Below are positions 8,136-16,757 of a DNA stretch of 18,317 nt, piece by piece. The position numbers and the translations under genes are program-made. The stretch comes from Alphaproteobacteria bacterium CG_4_10_14_0_8_um_filter_53_9 (GTDB lineage: Bacteria; Pseudomonadota; Alphaproteobacteria; UBA2136; UBA6156). Within the stretch, counting starts at the first letter, position 1; each line of letters starts with the position of its first letter. The notes under the pieces were generated by a model. The model saw only the letters and a program-made list of their open reading frames with translations. It was not told the DNA's origin and searched no databases. The stretch covers positions 1 through 18,317 of the forward strand of contig PFND01000041.1 in NCBI GenBank assembly GCA_002791805.1. Reading direction: 5' to 3'.

Positions 8136-10424
8136 ATGCCCCAAATAGAAGCCACTCCCTCATTTGTGAGAAACGTCTACGCCACCATGGCCAAAAATCT
8201 GGATGTAATGAAGGCGCGCCTTAACCGTCCGCTCACACTGGCGGAAAAAATCCTCTACGGTCACCTCCACGATGCAAAAGGTGCGGATCTCACCCGCGGA
8301 GAAGCCTATACAGAATTCAAGCCGGATAGAGTGATTCTGCAAGATGCCACCGCCCAAATGGCCATCCTCCAGTTCATGCAGGCTAAAAAGGATGAAGCGG
8401 CCGTGCCTGTGACAATTCACTGCGATCACCTGATCCGCGCCCACAAAGGGGCCGATAGCGATCTGGGTGTGGCCAATAAAGAAAATGAAGAAGTGTACGA
8501 TTTTCTGCACGCCGCAGGCCAGCGTTATGGCTTTGGCTTCTGGAAGCCGGGCGCAGGGATTATTCACCAGGTGGCATTAGAGCAATATGCCTTCCCCGGC
8601 TGCATGATGCTGGGGACAGATAGCCACACCCCTAACGCAGGCGGCCTTGGCTGTTTCGCGTGCGGGGTCGGCGGGGCCGATGCCGTGGATGTCATGGTCG
8701 GCCTCCCGTGGGAGGTGCTTCACCCCTTCATCGTGGGCGTCAAACTCACGGGAGAGCTCAAAGGCTGGGCCGCACCTAAGGATGTCATTCAAAAACTGCT
8801 GGAGAAACTCACGTGCGAAGGCGGTACCAACCGCGTGATTGAATATTTTGGCGAAGGCTGCCGCACCATCTCCGCCACGGGTAAAGCCACCATTTGTAAT
8901 ATGGGTGCCGAGCTCGGCGCCACCACCAGCGTCTTCCCGTATGATGATCGGATGGATACGTATTTAAAGGTCACAGGCCGAGAAAACCTTCTCCCCATTA
9001 TTCATGAAAATAAAGCCATGCTGGTGGCCGATGCCGAAACCGCGCAAGAGCCAAATAAATATTACGATCTGGTGATCGAGATTGATCTGAGCAACCTCAC
9101 GCCCAGTCTCGTGGGCCCCCACTCACCGGATGCCTTCGCCACCGTAGAAAACATGGCAGAGCATTTAAAAAGCCCCCGCGTGGTAGAGCTCAACAAAGGC
9201 CAACCCGCGCCCGCCAACCTCACCTATGCGCTCATCGGGTCTTGTACAAACAGCAGTTATGAGGATATGGGCCGCATCGCCCTGCTGGCGGATCAGTTGT
9301 TAGAAAAAGGCGTCACCCTCAAAACGCCGCTCATGGTTACCCCGGGGTCAGAGCAAGTGCGCGCCACGATAGAACGCGATGGCATTATGGAAAAGCTGGA
9401 ACGCCTCGGCGCCACCGTGCTCGCCAATGCCTGTGGTCCCTGCATCGGGCAGTGGCAGCGGGATGATGTGAAGGACGGCACCGTCAACAGCATTATCAGT
9501 TCTTACAACCGCAACTTCCCCAAACGGAACGATGGCTTTGCCAGCACCTGTAGCTTTATCGCCAGCCCCGAGACAGTGCTCGCCTACGCCGTCCACGGCC
9601 GTCTGGATATCAACCCCTTCACCACACCCGTGACAGCGAAAGACGGCAGCACCTTCATGCTGCGCGATGCCGCAGGGGTGGATGAAGTCCCCGCCAGCGG
9701 CTTCGTGCCGGATGAAAAAGGCTACGACGGGCCGGAAGGCAACGCCCCGGATGTGAAGGTAAACCCAACGTCCGATCGCCTCCAGCTGCTGGATCCCTTT
9801 AAGCCGTGGAATGGTAAGGATTACGAAAATCTGCCACTGCTCATCAAAGCCAAAGGCAAATGCACGACAGATCATATCTCACCCGCAGGCCCCTGGCTCA
9901 AGTATCGTGGGCATCTGGATAATATCTCGAACAACATGTATCTGGGCGCCATCAACGCATTCAGCGGCCAGTCGGGTAAGGTGAAAAGCCAGCTGGATGG
10001 GTCAGAAGCGTCCCCGGCAGATATCGCGCGCCAGTATAAAGCGCAAGGCTTGGGCTGGGTATTTGTGGGAGATTACAACGTAGGGGAGGGCAGCAGCCGC
10101 GAGCACGCCGCCATGTCTCCGCGCTGGCTGGGTTGCAAAGCGGCTATCTCTCGCACCTTTGCGCGCATCCACCAAAGCAACCTGAAAAAGCAGGGCGTGC
10201 TTCCGCTCACTTTCGCCAATCCGGAAGATTATGATCTTGTGGAAGAAGCGGATAAAGTAAGCATCCACGGCCTGTCCTCACTGGCACCGGGCAAACCGCT
10301 TAAAGCCACTCTTCATCATGCAGATGGCTCCAGTAACGAGATCACGCTCAACCACACCCTCAACGAGGAACAAATCGAGTGGTTCAAAGCAGGCTCCGCC
10401 CTCAACGCCCTCAATAATAAGTAG
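8136..10424 (+). CDS. acn: Aconitate hydratase, mitochondrial-type (ACO2-like) family
   Basis: 762 aa. RLNRPLTLAEKILYGHLHD, RPDRVILQDATAQMAILQF, TIHCDHLI, Fe-S ligand motifs IGSCTNSSYEDM and NACGPCIGQW, and SRTFARIHQSNLKKQG. The length and these motifs match the roughly 750-780-aa mitochondrial aconitase family rather than bacterial AcnA (about 890 aa) or AcnB. Confidence 0.93.
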   Translation: MPQIEATPSFVRNVYATMAKNLDVMKARLNRPLTLAEKILYGHLHDAKGADLTRGEAYTEFKPDRVILQDATAQMAILQFMQAKKDEAAVPVTIHCDHLIRAHKGADSDLGVANKENEEVYDFLHAAGQRYGFGFWKPGAGIIHQVALEQYAFPGCMMLGTDSHTPNAGGLGCFACGVGGADAVDVMVGLPWEVLHPFIVGVKLTGELKGWAAPKDVIQKLLEKLTCEGGTNRVIEYFGEGCRTISATGKATICNMGAELGATTSVFPYDDRMDTYLKVTGRENLLPIIHENKAMLVADAETAQEPNKYYDLVIEIDLSNLTPSLVGPHSPDAFATVENMAEHLKSPRVVELNKGQPAPANLTYALIGSCTNSSYEDMGRIALLADQLLEKGVTLKTPLMVTPGSEQVRATIERDGIMEKLERLGATVLANACGPCIGQWQRDDVKDGTVNSIISSYNRNFPKRNDGFASTCSFIASPETVLAYAVHGRLDINPFTTPVTAKDGSTFMLRDAAGVDEVPASGFVPDEKGYDGPEGNAPDVKVNPTSDRLQLLDPFKPWNGKDYENLPLLIKAKGKCTTDHISPAGPWLKYRGHLDNISNNMYLGAINAFSGQSGKVKSQLDGSEASPADIARQYKAQGLGWVFVGDYNVGEGSSREHAAMSPRWLGCKAAISRTFARIHQSNLKKQGVLPLTFANPEDYDLVEEADKVSIHGLSSLAPGKPLKATLHHADGSSNEITLNHTLNEEQIEWFKAGSALNALNNK

Positions 10425-10441
10425 GGCACACAACGCGAAAA

Positions 10442-10467
10442 CGGCGGCCCCAAAGAGCCGCCATTTT
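10442..10467. terminator. Bidirectional rho-independent terminator shared by aconitase (+) and the convergent 194-aa ORF (-)
   Basis: GGCGGC-cccaaaga-GCCGCC with ATTTT on the plus side and GAAAAC (GTTTTC on the minus strand) on the other side. Confidence 0.7.
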
Positions 10468-10474
10468 CATGTCA

Positions 10475-11059
10475 TTACACGCGGTCAGCGCGCGTTGCTT
10501 CAGAGAACCCAGCGCCTGGAAGCAGGACAGGGTTATTTCCATTGTAGTCGCCCTCGCAAAAGAACACAGGTTCTTCCTTGCTGAAGAAACCACGGTTGTG
10601 GGCCTCCTTTCCACATGCAAGGCACTTGCGCGGCATGGCGGCTTCCGCATCTTCTGCAGGCAGCAGCCATTCATCCTCCATCTCAAATCCTTTGGCATGG
10701 TCAAAGTGCATCGTGTGGCCATCCTGTGGAAGGAAAACCATCCCCAAGGATAATTGAGAGTTGGAAGGAGGAGACCAATGCAGAGCCCGCAAGTGAGAGA
10801 GTCGGTTCACCCGCAGAAGAACAATATCTGTTGTAATGGTCACCACAGTAGCACCGTCTTCTGGCGTCGCATCAGCAGGGAGGCTAAGTGTCCAGCAGTC
10901 ATGCTGACCGTACAAGGTCATCTCCTGCCTCAGCCGCATCAGCTCCCAAGGCGGGCGCTTGCGAATTTCTGCATGACGGGCCGCCACAATCTGCTGTTGC
11001 CGGTTTTTGCGGTTCAGTTCATCCATAGGCGATTCTACGGTATTCCAGTCAAGAGGCAT
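10475..11059 (-). CDS. Hypothetical protein, 194 aa, with a C-terminal zinc-ribbon-like C-x2-C-x4-H-x14-C motif
   Basis: Long ORF ending at the shared terminator. Coding-like composition. C-terminus CLACGKEAHNRGFFSKEEPVFFCEGDY. N-terminus basic (NRKNRQQQIVAARHAEIRKR). Family not recognised. Confidence 0.55.
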   Translation of the reverse strand: MPLDWNTVESPMDELNRKNRQQQIVAARHAEIRKRPPWELMRLRQEMTLYGQHDCWTLSLPADATPEDGATVVTITTDIVLLRVNRLSHLRALHWSPPSNSQLSLGMVFLPQDGHTMHFDHAKGFEMEDEWLLPAEDAEAAMPRKCLACGKEAHNRGFFSKEEPVFFCEGDYNGNNPVLLPGAGFSEATRADRV

Positions 11060-11180
11060 GTGACTTCCTTTCCGAGAAGTGTATAAACGTCACAAAATGT
11101 ATTCAAAACATGAATAAACCATAATCATCCAAAAATCAAACCCTCTCGCCAAAAACGCAAAAACAAGCTAAACAAAAAGC

Positions 11181-11876
11181 ATGAGCAAAACATCACAACG
11201 CCAGCAAGCGGCTAAAAAAGAGGCCCCCAAGCCGGAAAAAGACATCACAGAGTCCTTCCTCAAAGAGGTAGACGACGTCATTCAGCAAGAAAAGCTGGCC
11301 AATTTCTGGGCGCAATATAAAGTCTTTATCATCGCAGGCGTCATCGCCATTCTGGCCGCAGTCGCCGCCTCACAAAGCTGGCAGTCCTATCAAACAAAGC
11401 AAATCCAAAAAGTTGCCACTCTTTGGGATCAGGCCGAAAAAGCCGAAACGCCGGAGGAAAAAGCCAAGGGATACGAAGTCGTGCTGAAGGAAGGGAAGGG
11501 GGGCTACCAAGCGCTCGCCGCCTTCAAATTGGCCGCTCAGCAAACCACAGCTCCCGCAGCAAACGAGTATTATAAGCGCGTGTACGAAAGCGGGCGTCAA
11601 CCCAAGTGGATACGCGATCTTGCGCGCCTTAACGCCGCCATCCGCTATCTTGGAGAGGACGATGCCGCCGCAAGGTCGCACCTGCAACTGTTAGCGCAAC
11701 ATAATGCAGGGGAACCCCCCGCCGCGTCCTCCGCGCTGGCATTGGAGCAACTGGCATGGCTGGAAGTACGGGCCAACAATCTGCAAGGCGCCAAAATCTA
11801 TGCCCGGCAACTGCTGGATTTGCCCGGCCTCCCGGCAGATATCAAACAACGCACCACCCGCATCCTCGCCCTTTAG
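11181..11876 (+). CDS. YfgM-like membrane-anchored TPR-like protein (BamB-associated partner)
   Basis: 231 aa. Charged N-terminus, a single TM helix (FWAQYKVFIIAGVIAILAAVAASQSW), then an Ala/Leu/Gln-rich helical-repeat domain. Sits immediately upstream of bamB as yfgM does in other proteobacteria. Confidence 0.7.
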   Translation: MSKTSQRQQAAKKEAPKPEKDITESFLKEVDDVIQQEKLANFWAQYKVFIIAGVIAILAAVAASQSWQSYQTKQIQKVATLWDQAEKAETPEEKAKGYEVVLKEGKGGYQALAAFKLAAQQTTAPAANEYYKRVYESGRQPKWIRDLARLNAAIRYLGEDDAAARSHLQLLAQHNAGEPPAASSALALEQLAWLEVRANNLQGAKIYARQLLDLPGLPADIKQRTTRILAL

Positions 11877-11959
11877 GATAAAGAAGAAGGTAAGGGAGTT
11901 AAACCCCTTGCTCGTCAGGGGAGCGTAAGCTAAACTCCGGCCAAAACAAGGATGCCAAA

Positions 11960-13282
11960 ATGCGCAAAACCCTCGCCCTTCTTCTCATCACGGCCGCCCT
12001 CACCGCCTGCTTCGGGGGGAAGGATAAAGAGCCGATTCTCGAAGGCAATCGCATTAACATCACCGCCCGTGCCACAGGCCTCACTGCCAATCCCGCAGCC
12101 CTGCAAGCAGAATTTGCCCTCCCCGCCCAAGTCCAAAATCCCTATTGGGGTCAAACCATGGCCGTCTCCAGCCATGCGCCGGGCAGCCTCGCGCTCCCTG
12201 GTAAAGTGGTACGGGCATACACGGCTAAAATGGGCAGCGGCATGGGGCGCGGGGCCAAACTTCTCAACCCGCCGGTGGTACACAGCGGCCGCCTGTTCGG
12301 GATAGATACAAACAGCGCCGTCACCGCGCTGGATGCGAAAACAGGCAAACAACTCTGGAGCGTTAAACTTAAATTAAAAGAGCCGGAGCTGGCCAAACTT
12401 TCAGGCGGCCTCGCGGTTACAGGAGATCTCTTGTACGTCACCACAGGTGGCGGTCAGGTTTTCTGCCTGCAAGCCAGCACGGGGAAAGAAGTCTGGAAGA
12501 TCGATCTCGCCATCCCGCTGCGCGCCGCCCCCAGCATTATGGGAGAGCAACTCTTCGTCACCTCTCACGATAGCCGCATTTTCGGCCTCAACGCCCTCAC
12601 AGGTGCCCTGCAATGGACCCATAGCGGGCTGGAAGAGTCCCTAAGCTCGCTCCGTGCCGCAAGCCCCGCCGTGGCAAACGGCGTGGTGGCTGTGCCCTAT
12701 TCCAGCGGAGAACTGTACATGCTCCGCGCGACAGATGGCCGCTACATCTGGCACGATGTCCTCAGTACACCGTTTTCAGGGTCAGATCCCGCCACAACCC
12801 TCAACGCCATCAGCAGCCCGCCCGTCATGGCAGATGGCATCGTCTACGCCGTAGGCCTGGGCGGCGGCCTGTCCGCCTATGGCATCACCAACGGCCAGCG
12901 GTTCTGGAAGGCAAACGTCATCACAAGCCAACCCATTTGGGTGGCAGGCACCGCCATTTTTGTCCTTACGGATGATGGCGAACTCGCCGCCGTAAACAGA
13001 AGAGATGGCCTCATTCGCTGGGTGGTAGAACTTGGGGAAGGCCTGCCAGAAGCGAAAGATCGCAGGTTCTGGAGCGGCCCCGTCCTCGCAGGCGGCAGGC
13101 TGATTGTGGTGAGCTCAGATGGTTACGCCGTCAGCATCGCCCCGACAGATGGCAAACGCCTCGCCGCGACCGATCTGGAAGAGCCCGTAAGCCTCCCACC
13201 CATCGTGGCGGATGGCGCGCTGTATTTCATTACAGATAATGCTCGCGTCATCGCCTTCCAGGCCCCCAGCACATCAGAATAA
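11960..13282 (+). CDS. bamB: Outer-membrane protein assembly factor BamB (PQQ-like beta-propeller lipoprotein)
   Basis: Lipoprotein signal MRKTLALLLITAALTAC (lipobox LTAC). Repeated beta-propeller blades of the form ...G.LYA.D..G.L.A.D..TG...W, as in LLYVTTGGGQVFCLQASTGKEVWK, RIFGLNALTGALQW and IVYAVGLGGGLSAYGITNGQRFWK. SD AAGGA lies 8 nt upstream. Confidence 0.88.
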   Translation: MRKTLALLLITAALTACFGGKDKEPILEGNRINITARATGLTANPAALQAEFALPAQVQNPYWGQTMAVSSHAPGSLALPGKVVRAYTAKMGSGMGRGAKLLNPPVVHSGRLFGIDTNSAVTALDAKTGKQLWSVKLKLKEPELAKLSGGLAVTGDLLYVTTGGGQVFCLQASTGKEVWKIDLAIPLRAAPSIMGEQLFVTSHDSRIFGLNALTGALQWTHSGLEESLSSLRAASPAVANGVVAVPYSSGELYMLRATDGRYIWHDVLSTPFSGSDPATTLNAISSPPVMADGIVYAVGLGGGLSAYGITNGQRFWKANVITSQPIWVAGTAIFVLTDDGELAAVNRRDGLIRWVVELGEGLPEAKDRRFWSGPVLAGGRLIVVSSDGYAVSIAPTDGKRLAATDLEEPVSLPPIVADGALYFITDNARVIAFQAPSTSE

Positions 13283-13292
13283 GCCCTCGAGC

Positions 13293-14441
13293 ATGTCCAC
13301 AGGCCTCCTCATCTACGAAAATGGCCCCTACTGGCTCTATAAAGCAGGCCTCCACACGTCAGATGCCTCGCTCCTGCTGGTAGATGCCAAAGGCGCTACC
13401 CACCTCATGGCCAGCCCTATAGAGCTGTCAGAGTTCAGAACAAAATCCATCGCGCAGCATATCTATACTTATACAGATGCGAAAAAGTGGATCGAAAAAA
13501 ATGACCTCAAGTTTTCGCTCATCAACCTCGTTAAGTTTCTCATGGCGAAGGCCAAGGTGAATAAGCTGGAGATTCCGCTTAACTTCCCCGCGCGCCTGTT
13601 TCAGTTCATGCAGGAAAATAAAATAGACGTCACCGTCACCACGAGAGATCCTTTTTTTGAAGAGATGGCTTATCTCAGGGCAGATGAAATCAAAAAACTG
13701 CAAGAGGCGCAAAATCTCGCCACCAGCAGTATAGAGCTCGCCCGCAGCCTCATCGCCGCAGCCGAGGTGCGCAGTAAAAATATGTTGTATCTCGGCGGGC
13801 AACCCTTAACGTCAGAACGTGTGCAGGGAGAAATGAACGCCTACGCCGCAGGCCTCGGCGCGCTGGAGTTTCACGGCGGTCCCATCGTCAGTTGCGGCCT
13901 TGCCGCCGCCACCCCGCATGATAATGGCCACGGCCCTCTGTACGCCAACGAAACCATTGTGGTTGATTGCTTCCCCCGCCACAAAAATTACTATTGGGGA
14001 GATTGCACGCGCACCTGCATCAAAGGCAAAGCCAGCCCGTGGCAAAGTAAGCTGATAGATACCACCATCGCCGTGCAAGAGGCCCTGTGTGCCATGATAA
14101 AACCGGGCGCCAGCGGAGATCTTATTCAAAAAACTGCGACCGAGATGTTTGATAAAGCAGGCTTCCCCACAGGCGAAAAAAAGGGAGAGAACTACGGCTT
14201 CACCCACAGCGTGGGCCACCATATCGGGCTGGATATGCGGGGCCCCGGCGCCCGTACCCTTACGGTGGGCGGCGGCCCGGTCAAAGCAGGCCACGCCCTC
14301 ACGGTGGAGCCGGGGCTGTACTACCCCGTCAACATAAACGGCGGCATCGGCGGCTGCCGGATAGAGGATATCGTCGTCGCCACCAAAACGGGCCACAAAA
14401 ACCTCACAAATCTCGCCAAAACCCCCTACCTCATTCCCTAA
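13293..14441 (+). CDS. M24-family metallopeptidase (Xaa-Pro aminopeptidase/prolidase-like)
   Basis: 382 aa from the ATG at 13293. The ORF-track start at 13212 overlaps bamB and is unlikely. M24 metal-ligand contexts are present: DCFPRHKNYYWGDCTRT, HSVGHHIGLDMRG, VEPGLYY and CRIEDIVVAT. Confidence 0.8.
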   Translation: MSTGLLIYENGPYWLYKAGLHTSDASLLLVDAKGATHLMASPIELSEFRTKSIAQHIYTYTDAKKWIEKNDLKFSLINLVKFLMAKAKVNKLEIPLNFPARLFQFMQENKIDVTVTTRDPFFEEMAYLRADEIKKLQEAQNLATSSIELARSLIAAAEVRSKNMLYLGGQPLTSERVQGEMNAYAAGLGALEFHGGPIVSCGLAAATPHDNGHGPLYANETIVVDCFPRHKNYYWGDCTRTCIKGKASPWQSKLIDTTIAVQEALCAMIKPGASGDLIQKTATEMFDKAGFPTGEKKGENYGFTHSVGHHIGLDMRGPGARTLTVGGGPVKAGHALTVEPGLYYPVNINGGIGGCRIEDIVVATKTGHKNLTNLAKTPYLIP

Positions 14442-14466
14442 AAAAATAAGGGGCGTAAGCCCCTTT
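14441..14466 (-). terminator. Rho-independent terminator for tolB (minus strand); may also serve the M24 peptidase gene
   Basis: AGGGGC-gtaa-GCCCCT stem with AAAAAATAA on the plus-strand 5' side, giving TTATTTTTT after the stem on the minus strand. Confidence 0.75.
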
Positions 14467-14467
14467 C

Positions 14468-14480
14468 CTAAGTCCCTAAT
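14468..14480. repeat. Copy 1 of the 13-nt motif CCTAAGTCCCTAA (minus strand TTAGGGACTTAGG), abutting the tolB stop codon
   Basis: Exact 13-mer also present at 15888-15900. Confidence 0.6.
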
Positions 14481-15793
14481 TACCTGATAAGCGGGCTCCA
14501 GGCCGGGTCACTGGCATTGGTCGGCGTCGGCAGCTCGCGCAGGTTGTAGCCGGTCAGGTCAATGGTGAACATACGGCTGCGGTCGCTGCGGTTCGCCTGC
14601 CGCTGGAAGGCAATCACGCGGCCATTGGGCGCCCATGTGGGGTTGTCATCCATCCAGCTGTCGGTCAGCAGGCGCTCTTCGTTACCTTGCGGGTCAATCA
14701 CACCAATGTGGAAGACGCCGGCGCGCTGCTTCACAAAGGCAATCAGGTCGCCGCGCGGGCTCCACGCGGGGGAGTAATAACGCCCCGTGCCATAAGTAAG
14801 TCGCGTCACGTTGCTGCCATCGCTATTCATAATGTAAAGGGCAGGGGAGCCGCCACGGTCGCTGTTGAAGACAATCTTGTCGCCTTCAGGGTTATAGCTC
14901 GGGCTGGTATCAATTCCGCGGTGATACGTCAAACGGCTGAGGCGACGACTTCCTAAATCCATCTCATAAATCTCGCTGTTGCCCTCGTGGCCGGCGGTCA
15001 TGGTCATGGCCACGCGCTTCCCATCGGGAGAGAATCTCGGGGTGGAGTTCAAGCCTTCAAAGTCACCCACAATGGTCTGTTTGCCGGTGGGCATATCCAA
15101 CAGGTAAAGCTTGGGCGTTCCACTTTCGTAGCTCATATAAATAATGGTTTGGAGGGTTTTGTTAAACTTCGGCCCCAGCGTCAGGCTGCTGCCATCGGTA
15201 AGGCATTGGTAGTTGGCGCTGTCTTGGTCCATCACGCACAACTTGGTTTGGTTTTTACCATCCAGTCCTTTGTCTTCGCCAATGTGCACAATGCGGGTGG
15301 CAAAGTAGCCGGGCTCGCCGGTTACCTGAGTATAAACGTCATCGCTCACGCGGTGGGCAAGGTGGCGCATAAACCGAAGGTCAGATTTAAAGCTGTGCCC
15401 TTTAAGCTGCTTCTCGGTCTGGGTGTCGTACAGGCGATAATCCACTTTAAGCTGCTGGCCGTTAATCACTTCAACGGTTCCCACCAACACCACATCGGTG
15501 TTAATGCTGCGCCAATCGTTAAACAACGGGCCATTCTGGAAAAGCTGTTCAGGGGTCTGTAAATACCCTTTTTCGTTCAAAATCTTAAACGGTGTGGAGT
15601 TTTTAAAGTTGTTCCGCACCACACCGGTAATATCTTCGGCATAGCTCTGGGCTTCGGGGTTCACCGCATAAAAGGTGGGTACCGCAATCGGCACAGGAGA
15701 TTCTCCAGGGTTGGAGAGGTTGATGGTCACCGCAGCAAAAGCCTGGCCTATAGAAGCAGTAAGAATAAAGAGGGAAAGAATAAAGGTGCGCAT
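14480..15793 (-). CDS. tolB: Tol-Pal system periplasmic protein TolB
   Basis: Signal peptide MRTFILSLFILTASIGQAFA, a TolB N-terminal domain, then a beta-propeller with repeated SP.WSPDG-type blades (PRFSPDGKRVA, PSYNPEGDKIV, PAWSPRGDLIA, PTWAPNGRVIA). Start taken at ATG 15793. An alternative start at 15805 (MVPAMRTF) is possible. The ORF-track extension to 16000 overlaps prmA and is junk. Confidence 0.85.
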   Translation of the reverse strand: MRTFILSLFILTASIGQAFAAVTINLSNPGESPVPIAVPTFYAVNPEAQSYAEDITGVVRNNFKNSTPFKILNEKGYLQTPEQLFQNGPLFNDWRSINTDVVLVGTVEVINGQQLKVDYRLYDTQTEKQLKGHSFKSDLRFMRHLAHRVSDDVYTQVTGEPGYFATRIVHIGEDKGLDGKNQTKLCVMDQDSANYQCLTDGSSLTLGPKFNKTLQTIIYMSYESGTPKLYLLDMPTGKQTIVGDFEGLNSTPRFSPDGKRVAMTMTAGHEGNSEIYEMDLGSRRLSRLTYHRGIDTSPSYNPEGDKIVFNSDRGGSPALYIMNSDGSNVTRLTYGTGRYYSPAWSPRGDLIAFVKQRAGVFHIGVIDPQGNEERLLTDSWMDDNPTWAPNGRVIAFQRQANRSDRSRMFTIDLTGYNLRELPTPTNASDPAWSPLIR

Positions 15794-15887
15794 GGCCGGA
15801 ACCATATCAGCCCCATGCACAAAAAACCATAGATCCCGAAAATAAAAGCTGCCCCCAAACCCATCACTCAGCAAACACCGTAGATCG

Positions 15888-15900
15888 CCTAAGTCCCTAA
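15888..15900. repeat. Copy 2 of the 13-nt motif CCTAAGTCCCTAA, overlapping the prmA stop codon
   Basis: Exact match to 14468-14480. In both copies the motif starts at or inside the stop codon of a minus-strand gene. Confidence 0.6.
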
Positions 15901-16757
15901 GCCTGCAAAACCAAACATCCCCACCCGTCATCACACGTGTAAGCCACTTCGGTAAGGCCAAGGGGCGCATACGCCGCCCGTATCTGGGCCACTTGTTCAC
16001 CGTCTCTAAAACCGCTCAAAATCAAAAAACCGCCCGCAGCCACCGTTGCCACCAAATCCTCTGACATCTCCAATAAGGGCCCAAGCAGAATATTCGCAAA
16101 AACCAGCGGAAAAACCTGTCCCGTAATCGCCGCACAGGGCAGGCTGCCCTCATAGGCGGTCATCAAATCGCCCACACCATTTACAGAGGCATTCTCAAGT
16201 GTAGCCGTCACACTTGGGGGTTCAATGTCCACGCCCACCACGCGGGTGCCGCCATGGCGTGCCGCGGCCAGTGCCAAAATTCCGCTGCCACAGCCCACAT
16301 CCAGCGCGGTGTCAAAGGTGTCGCCACCGGACACCAAACGCTCATAGGCAGCAAGGCATTGCTGCGTCGTCGCATGTTCACCGCTCCCAAAAGCGTGGGC
16401 AGGCTTAATCACCAAAACATGGTCGCCTGTCTCATCTGCATCATCGCGCACAATGCGCCATTGCCCAATCGTCAGCGGAGGAAAACTCGCCTGATTCTCA
16501 GCCACCCAGTCGCGGTCGTCCACAGGGGTAAAAGCGGCATCGGCCCACCAAGGTGCAATGGCCTCGCGCACTCCCGCCAAAGCCCCTTCTTCCACCCAAA
16601 GCGTCACGTCAAAACAATCAGAATCCGCCGTCGCATCGCCCTTAAAATCCGTCTTTTCTGGGGTATAGACAACGCTCACACCTTCCCGCTCGTCGGTGGC
16701 CTGCAAAAAAGCTTTTATATGTTTGTTAGAAATTTTATGAGAATAAGTATAGATCAT
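15897..16757 (-). CDS. prmA: Ribosomal protein L11 methyltransferase PrmA
   Basis: 286 aa. SAM-binding motif LDVGCGSGILALAAA. PrmA-like VVANIL equivalent FANILLGPL and C-terminal region. Its start ATG overlaps the stop of the upstream AT-rich ORF (ATGA). The first roughly 15 codons are AT-rich, unlike the rest of the gene. Confidence 0.85.
   Translation of the reverse strand: MIYTYSHKISNKHIKAFLQATDEREGVSVVYTPEKTDFKGDATADSDCFDVTLWVEEGALAGVREAIAPWWADAAFTPVDDRDWVAENQASFPPLTIGQWRIVRDDADETGDHVLVIKPAHAFGSGEHATTQQCLAAYERLVSGGDTFDTALDVGCGSGILALAAARHGGTRVVGVDIEPPSVTATLENASVNGVGDLMTAYEGSLPCAAITGQVFPLVFANILLGPLLEMSEDLVATVAAGGFLILSGFRDGEQVAQIRAAYAPLGLTEVAYTCDDGWGCLVLQA

Noticed and set aside
11877-11959. 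Nested stem-loops in the yfgM-like/bamB spacer (GGAGTT...AACTCC enclosing CCCCT...AGGGG)
   Set aside because: Short imperfect stems without a U-run. Possibly mRNA structure, but too weak to call a regulatory element.
13212-13292. Upstream start for the M24 peptidase overlapping bamB by 70 nt
   Set aside because: Overlaps the bamB 3' end. ATG 13293 lies 11 nt after the bamB stop and is more parsimonious.
15794-16000. N-terminal extension of the tolB ORF overlapping the prmA 3' end
   Set aside because: The signal peptide clearly begins at MRTFILSLFIL. The extension overlaps a well-supported gene in another frame.
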